This document shows, in pieces, positions 25,651-27,321 of a DNA stretch of 27,321 nt. This stretch comes from a virus. Under the pieces are notes generated by a model. The model searched no databases. It had not been told where the DNA came from and saw only the letters and a list, made by a program, of their open reading frames with translations. The stretch lies in UHGV virus genome UHGV-0288412. One strand, given 5' to 3'. Each line of letters opens with the position of its first letter. Within the stretch, counting starts at the first letter, position 1. The translations under genes were made by a program, and so were the position numbers.

Positions 25651-25983
25651 TTACCAATCGATTTCTACCTGATCTTCTTCGTAGTAAGGAATCGCATATT
25701 CATAACGCCAGTTTTCGATGATTTCACGTTCTTCATTAGTAAGAAGGTGATTGCTAACTGGAGTCGCATTGTGATTACCAGCTTCGAATTGTTCGCGAAC
25801 TTCCAGCATTGCATGAATACCAGTTAAGGACATCAGATCAAACGGAACATGCATACTACGGGAGATTGTTTCACGGGATACGCCCCAATCATTTTCTACA
25901 TGGCTAGGGGTTACAGAAACGGTTTTGCCGGAGATTTTAACAGTCCAGTCATACAGGGATTTAGTGATGGTAAATTCTTTCAT
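25651..25983 (-). CDS. Hypothetical protein (110 aa)
   Basis: Clean ORF immediately downstream of a consensus-like promoter; no motif recognised. Confidence 0.45.
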   Translation of the reverse strand: MKEFTITKSLYDWTVKISGKTVSVTPSHVENDWGVSRETISRSMHVPFDLMSLTGIHAMLEVREQFEAGNHNATPVSNHLLTNEEREIIENWRYEYAIPYYEEDQVEIDW

Positions 25984-26039
25984 GTTACATCCTCTTTACA
26001 AATCTAGGTCAAATAGGTTCAAAGTTGTCAAGTGCGATA

Positions 26040-26068
26040 ATCATAAAAAAGTCAGAAAATTTTGTCAA
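26040..26068 (-). promoter_or_regulatory. Sigma-70-type promoter, TTGACA - 17 bp - TATGAT (minus strand)
   Basis: Minus strand reads TTGACAaaattttctgactttttTATGAT; -35 at plus 26063-26068 and -10 at plus 26040-26045, about 55 bp upstream of the 110-aa gene start. Confidence 0.6.
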
Positions 26069-26103
26069 TACCCCTTGACAAGACGCCAAAGGGTTGACCT
26101 AAC

Positions 26104-26556
26104 TTACAGCATATCTAAGCCTTCATCGTAACCGTAGAAGCCATTCTGAGAAGAGAAACAGATTGGCGCGTAGTCGTCGTCATCTTCGTCTTGTTCATCG
26201 TGTTCTGGGGCTTCCTGAGCGGGTTGTTTACCATAATCAGCCATAATCTGGTCAAGATCGGCGATCCCATAGTAAGAGCCTAAATCAACGTCATATTCAC
26301 GAACATCAAACGGCAGGTCATCACGAACAATAATTGCCGGAATGTTGTTGTATTGTTCACGACCTTCATCAGTAAAGCAGTCTACGATCACCGTAGGGCG
26401 TCCATTACGTTTAAAAGCATAGAAAGCAGTTGAGAAATTGGAGTCTTCGGAATGACGAATGATGTTATAACCACGATTAGCGAAAACATGCATCATATCC
26501 AGATTATCATCATGGTTCAGACCCAGAAGAATGAAAGGAGTTTTAGTATTGATCAT
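26104..26556 (-). CDS. Hypothetical protein with strongly acidic C-terminal segment (150 aa)
   Basis: ...QEAPEHDEQDEDDDDYAPICF...; first gene downstream of the large non-coding region on the minus strand. Confidence 0.45.
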   Translation of the reverse strand: MINTKTPFILLGLNHDDNLDMMHVFANRGYNIIRHSEDSNFSTAFYAFKRNGRPTVIVDCFTDEGREQYNNIPAIIVRDDLPFDVREYDVDLGSYYGIADLDQIMADYGKQPAQEAPEHDEQDEDDDDYAPICFSSQNGFYGYDEGLDML

Positions 26557-27235
26557 AGTGGAAATCCTCTAAAAGAAAGTGAATCAAACAAAGTACACTA
26601 TTATTTATAACGAGAAATTTTTGTCTAATTTGAAAGGAATTGGTATTCAGTCGGCTTCGCCTCCTTCATAGATTTTGATTAAATCATCATCAAAACGAAG
26701 AAGTATCTTTAGAATATAAGAATCTTTCTTTTGGAGAAATTATAATCAGGAAGCAATTTAGCAACCGAAGGTTGCAATCCCGAAGGGATACCAATACCTT
26801 TCATGATCATTAAAGTGATCTAGAATCATCTAGTAACCAGTTAACTACTATTATCTTCAAAGTGATTATTACTATCTTTCTAGAATCAGTTAGTAACTAG
26901 TTTAAAATCCCTTTCGAGAAAATCCTTTCAGAAGTGATTCTCGATGCCACGCAGTGGCGTCGCAGACGTTTGAGAGTGAGCGAAGCGAGCGAGCAAACTA
27001 GTTAATTCCTTCTAAGACCATCTAGTATCATCTAGTTTAAATTAGTGTTACTAGAAGTAATTGGTTAGCGCTTCGCGCAGTCGGGCTACGCCCTCCTAAT
27101 ATCTTTTTGGTTATTTGTTGTTTTTGGTTTTACACATGAGCGTAGCGAATGTGTTATATAATATCTATGCACGCCCGATCCCCCGCTTTTGCCCCTCGCT
27201 AAGTTAATGTTTTATAAAGAGTTTTTCTCACCAAT
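26557..27235. promoter_or_regulatory. About 680 bp non-coding, repeat-rich control region (candidate origin, pac or early-promoter region)
   Basis: No ORF of 60 aa or more on either strand; repeated TCTAGAATCA...TAGTAAC(C/T)AGTT units (26819-26842, 26879-26902), CATCTAGT repeats (27019-27039), AACTAGTT palindromes, and hairpins GCAACC-gaa-GGTTGC (26761-26775) and GCCAC-gca-GTGGC (26946-26958). Confidence 0.5.
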
Positions 27236-27240
27236 CCTTT

Positions 27241-27321
27241 TCGGGGGCAAATTTCAGGGGCAAAAATTAGATTTTCAGGGGCAATTATTGGCATTTCAGG
27301 GGCAAAAATGAGGGGCAAAAT
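27241..27321 (+). repeat. Five clustered direct repeats of (T)CAGGGGCAAAA(AT), running to the window edge
   Basis: GGGGC cores at 27244, 27257, 27278, 27299 and 27312 (spacings 13, 21, 21, 13); inverted copy TTTTGCCCCT at 27189-27198; same motif forms the hairpin at 24668-24686. Confidence 0.7.

Noticed and set aside
26760-26812. tRNA-like 3' end (GGTTGCAATCC...CCA)
   Set aside because: The T-loop resemblance does not extend to a pairable T-stem or acceptor stem; the region folds as a simple GCAACC/GGTTGC hairpin instead.
27241-27321. CRISPR array
   Set aside because: Repeat units are only about 11 bp with 2-10 bp spacers, far below CRISPR repeat and spacer sizes, and no cas genes are present.

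Overview
This window reads as the late (morphogenesis) region of a tailed dsDNA phage of enterobacterial type with a lambda-like tail module, almost entirely on the minus strand. In transcription order (high to low coordinate): large terminase, portal, a fused prohead-protease/scaffold/major-capsid gene, FII-like, U-like and V-like head-tail/tail-tube genes, a long tail fibre with a C-terminal intramolecular chaperone, a 157-aa structural protein, G and T chaperones, tape measure, M/L/K-like tip proteins, a 1258-aa J-like tip protein, small membrane proteins, and an M15-peptidase endolysin. The window opens in the 3' end of a plus-strand helicase gene and closes in about 760 bp of repeat-rich non-coding DNA. 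All calls rest on reading the supplied translations and the DNA by eye; no database search was run, so family assignments are recollection-based. The most unusual signal is that the capsid gene and the 157-aa gene both stop at UGA inside a near-identical 15-nt context and are each followed by an in-frame, stop-free 41-42 codon extension ending in a conserved basic tail, then a near-identical terminator. I interpret this as programmed stop-codon readthrough adding a shared C-terminal module to a head and a tail protein. Other points of interest are a likely G-T -1 frameshift site, the fibre cassette inserted between the V-like and G-like genes, and clustered CAGGGGCAAAA repeats at the window end.
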